Assembly: GCF_009914755.1 (NCBI RefSeq)
Contig: NC_060941.1
DNA: 64,000 nt
Reading direction: 5' to 3' (one strand)
Source: the human T2T-CHM13v2.0 reference genome, Homo sapiens
The notes beneath the pieces are model-generated. The model saw only the letters and a list, made by a program, of their open reading frames with translations. It was not told where the DNA came from and made no database searches. Below, piece after piece: positions 60,558 through 64,000 of the stretch (position 1 is its first letter; the number at the start of each line of letters is the position of its first letter). Made by a program: the position numbers and the translations under genes.

Positions 60558-60848
60558 GACCAGATACTGTGGCTCACGCCTGTAATCCTAGCACTTTGGG
60601 AGGCCAAGGCGGGCAGATCACCTGAGGTCAGGAGTTCGAGACCAGCCTGACCAACATGGTGAAACCCCATCTCTACTACAAATACAAAAACTAGCCAGGC
60701 ATGGTGACACATGCCTGTAGTCCCAGCTACTCAGGAGGCTGAGGCAGGAGAATTGCTTGAACCTGGGAAGCGGAGGTTGCAGCGAGCTGAGACCGTACCA
60801 CTGCACTTCAGCCTGGACGGCAAGAGCAAAACTCTGTCTCAAAACAAA
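60558..60848 (+). mobile_element. AluS (Sq/Sp-like) inside a MER5-like remnant
   Basis: TSD GAATATACATT; flanks GCTTGTCAGAAATG.. and CACTAAAGTGTGAGAAGCACT. Confidence 0.9.
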
Positions 60849-61053
60849 GAATATACATTTTCACAATATCCACATTACCCTATATACCCCTATACCCACT
60901 AAAGTGTGAGAAGCACTTCCGTAACCTCTGGACTGAGGCAATTAAAGGAATAAAGTTGAGAAAGAGTGGAGAATGATGGCTGTGGATCAGATAGATGTCT
61001 GGGTCGGGGGCAACCATAGAAGTACTTCTCACACTTTAGTGAGAAGCAGCTAG

Positions 61054-61460
<407 letters not shown>

Positions 61461-62409
61461 CTAGAAGAGCAGGTAAACTAATGCTAGTAACCTAATTCCA
61501 AATACTCTAAAACTATCCATTTATTATCCTTCTATTAGTGTTGGCCCAGAAACTGGGGAGAATGGGAAGAGTGAATTTGGGTGGGAAGAGAGAATGTGTC
61601 TCTGAGGATTGACACCTAGGTGAGTGAGCACTCAGTTTTAGTACTCACATCTAGCCTAGAGGTTATCACAGCACATTTTATTTCTCATTACTTGGTTTAT
61701 CTCTGTGTTTTTTAAAATTGGAGAAAACACTAAGAAATTCAATAGAAAGCCCAGATTAGGGGTATTGTTGGTTAAGTACTTATTTAGAGCTTAGATTATC
61801 CAAGTCAATTTTGCTAATAGGCTCTTAATATTTTAACATGCTAGAGAAGATTAATTAGGGAGATTTAAAATAATACTGCTCTAGCCATCTTGGCTTTAAC
61901 CTGGGTCTGGATTGTTCATGATATGTATGGGGGAGTGAGGGACAGTTGGGGGGTGGTGCAAGAGGGGCTCTGGAAGAGTCAGTTCTGGACAATCCATTTA
62001 CATAAGAGTTGTTGCCAAGGGAACAGGAACATCTGCCTACACCAGAGAACAGGTGTCTTTGGAGGGCAGTGCTGATCTGAGTGCTAGGGGAGAGGTGGTT
62101 CTAAAATATGCTGAAGGAGCTGTTGCCTGTAAAAAGTCTGAAATATCAGGCGCAAGCCTCATTGTTTTCATGCCCAGGTGGATCAACATACGACAAAAAA
62201 TGGAGGCGCGGTTCCCCACGCCAGCAGCAGGTCCTCAAGTGGACCTCAGGGCATTGAGGGCAGCAGTGTTGCTCAAGCACCTCGAGCTTCCTGGGCTGTC
62301 CAGGTTTTGTTTTAAGCTGGCTTACTGTCCTCTGTGTCATGTGATCTTGCTTTGTTCTTAGTCTACACGTTTAAATTCTTGTCCAAAATCTGTTTTTGTT
62401 TTTTTTTTC

Positions 62410-63215
62410 ACTCCTGACATCATGCATATCCCAATCTTTACTTGTCTGCTAGTCTCCAACAGGATTTACAATGACAGTCTCTTAACAACCTGGTCTCCCT
62501 GCTGCCATTCTTGTCATCCTCTCCATTCTCAGCTTGGTAGCTGGAAGGAACTTTGAACAATGGAAACCTCCTCTTAATATCCCATTGTTGGCTGCTCTGC
62601 CTATGGATAGTCATTCTTTATTCCTTTACTTTCTTAATAAACTTGCTTTCACTATATAGAGATAGAGATAGAGATATCTCCCAATGTCTTCCTGCCATCC
62701 TTAGCACAAGTCAAATCTCTTATCCTAGTCTGTACTGCCTTGTGTGATCTAGCCCCTGCCTTCCTCTCTGACATTACCTGCTACCTGCTACTGCTCTCCT
62801 TGCTTTTTTCGCTCCATCCATATGACTTCCTCTTTCTCAAACACCCTGAGCTCCTTCTGCCTCAGAGACTTTGGAGAAGCTGGGCTGGCTGCCTGGGCTC
62901 CACCTTGTCTCACCTGAAATGCTACCTTCTATTGCTAAGCCTTTCCTGATCTATCAGTCTAGAGGGCATGCTCTCTGCTGAAGCCACTTTCTAGCATATC
63001 ATTGTGTTTTATTTTTTTTCACAGAATACATCTCCATCTAGAATTCCCATGAGTCTGTTTCTTGTTTGTTTGTTCATTCCCTGTCTCCCTCCAGTACAAT
63101 GAAAGCTTCATGACTGCAGAGACCTCATCTGCCTCCATAGCTGCTGCATTGCCAACACCTAGAACAGTTTCAGGGACATAATAGGTGCTCAATAAACATT
63201 CATTGAAAACACAAA
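62410..63215 (+). mobile_element. L2 3' region
   Basis: GTGATCTAGCCCCTGCC..CACCTAGAACAG..GGGACATAATAGGTGCTCAATAAACATTCATTGAA. Confidence 0.75.
62589..62673 (+). mobile_element. MER41-like LTR R-region fragment with a degenerate tail
   Basis: GCTGCTCTGCCTATGG..ATTCCTTTACTTTCTTAATAAACTTGCTTTCACT followed by (GAGATA)n. Confidence 0.7.
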
Positions 63216-63657
63216 CAAGCAAACTTCCCAGCATCGCTGATCTCCCACTTGCCACTTGGATTGATTGCATGCATGCTTGAATTTGCTCCTCTGTTATGGA
63301 GACTCCACCCTCCATTTACACCTCTTTCTGGAAATCCTGATAAACCTCTCAGATCAAGCCCTGTCCCTGGAATTTTCTCTAGCACTGGGAAAGGAAAGCT
63401 CATGCACAGTTTGACTTTGTGTGTTTAAACTTTTGGTGATTGGAGTAACTGCTTCCTATTTCACAGCCACTCGACTCTGTAGAGAAATATTTCTATAAGC
63501 ATTTTGCCCTCAGTCTTGCTCCTTCTGCATGTTGACTTTGTGCTCTGAGACAACAGCCCTGCTTCCTGGCAGCACCTGAGCCTCACATCCAAGGAGGCCA
63601 CCAACAGTGACGTGCTGATTCTCCCTCCTAAGTTTCTGTTTGAAAACTCCTGGAGGA

Positions 63658-63958
63658 CGCCGGGTGTGGTGGCTCACGACTGTAATCCCAGCACTTTGGA
63701 AGGCCGAGGTGGGCACATCACCTGAGGCCAGGAGTTCAAAACCAGCCTGACCAACATGGTGAAACTGTCTCTACTAAAAATACGAAAATTAGCCAGGCTT
63801 GGTGGCATGAGCCTGTAATCTCAGCTACTCAGGAGGCTGAGGGAGGAGAATCACCTGAACCCGGGAGGCAGAGGTTGCAGTGAGCTGCAATCATACCACT
63901 GGACTCCAGCCTGGGTGACAGAGTGAGACTCCATCTCCAGTAAATAAATAAATAAATA
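63658..63958 (+). mobile_element. AluS
   Basis: Dimer with (TAAA)n tail. Confidence 0.92.
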
Positions 63959-64000
63959 ATATGGTTTGGCTGTGTCCCCACCCAAATCTCAACTTGAATT
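63957..64000 (+). mobile_element. Start of a THE1 LTR (runs off the window)
   Basis: ATATGGTTTGGCTGTGTCCCCACCCAAATCTCAACTTGAATT. Confidence 0.85.

Overview
Human non-coding DNA: the SVA_E-type element and the AluYa5 are human-specific families. The window is dominated by transposable elements, and I recognise no host protein-coding exon, RNA gene or CRISPR array. The ORF-track hits are L1 ORF1/ORF2 debris, Alu/SVA/microsatellite read-throughs or chance ORFs. The main structure is a ~4.3 kb composite SVA insertion (2165-6438). Its true target-site duplication (AAATTCACATGGCA, 2151-2164 and 6439-6452) lies 1.7 kb upstream of the SVA hexamer, so the element carries a 5' transduction. The same insertion shows a sense-strand A-to-G substitution pattern that looks like ADAR (A-to-I) editing of the RNA intermediate fixed into the genome. 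Other notable structures: an L1PA3-like 3' transduction (16666-17324); a twin-primed old L1; a 57-bp inverted locally templated insertion inside an Alu; a full-length L1PA in an Alu linker with a short 5' transduction and a frameshifted, extended ORF0; an Alu-in-Alu trimer; a polyadenylated MER41-LTR fragment; a solo LTR22 with a 6-bp TSD; a near-consensus AluYa5; and four consensus NF-kB decamers. Subfamily calls come from recalled consensus sequences, and boundaries of old repeats are approximate.
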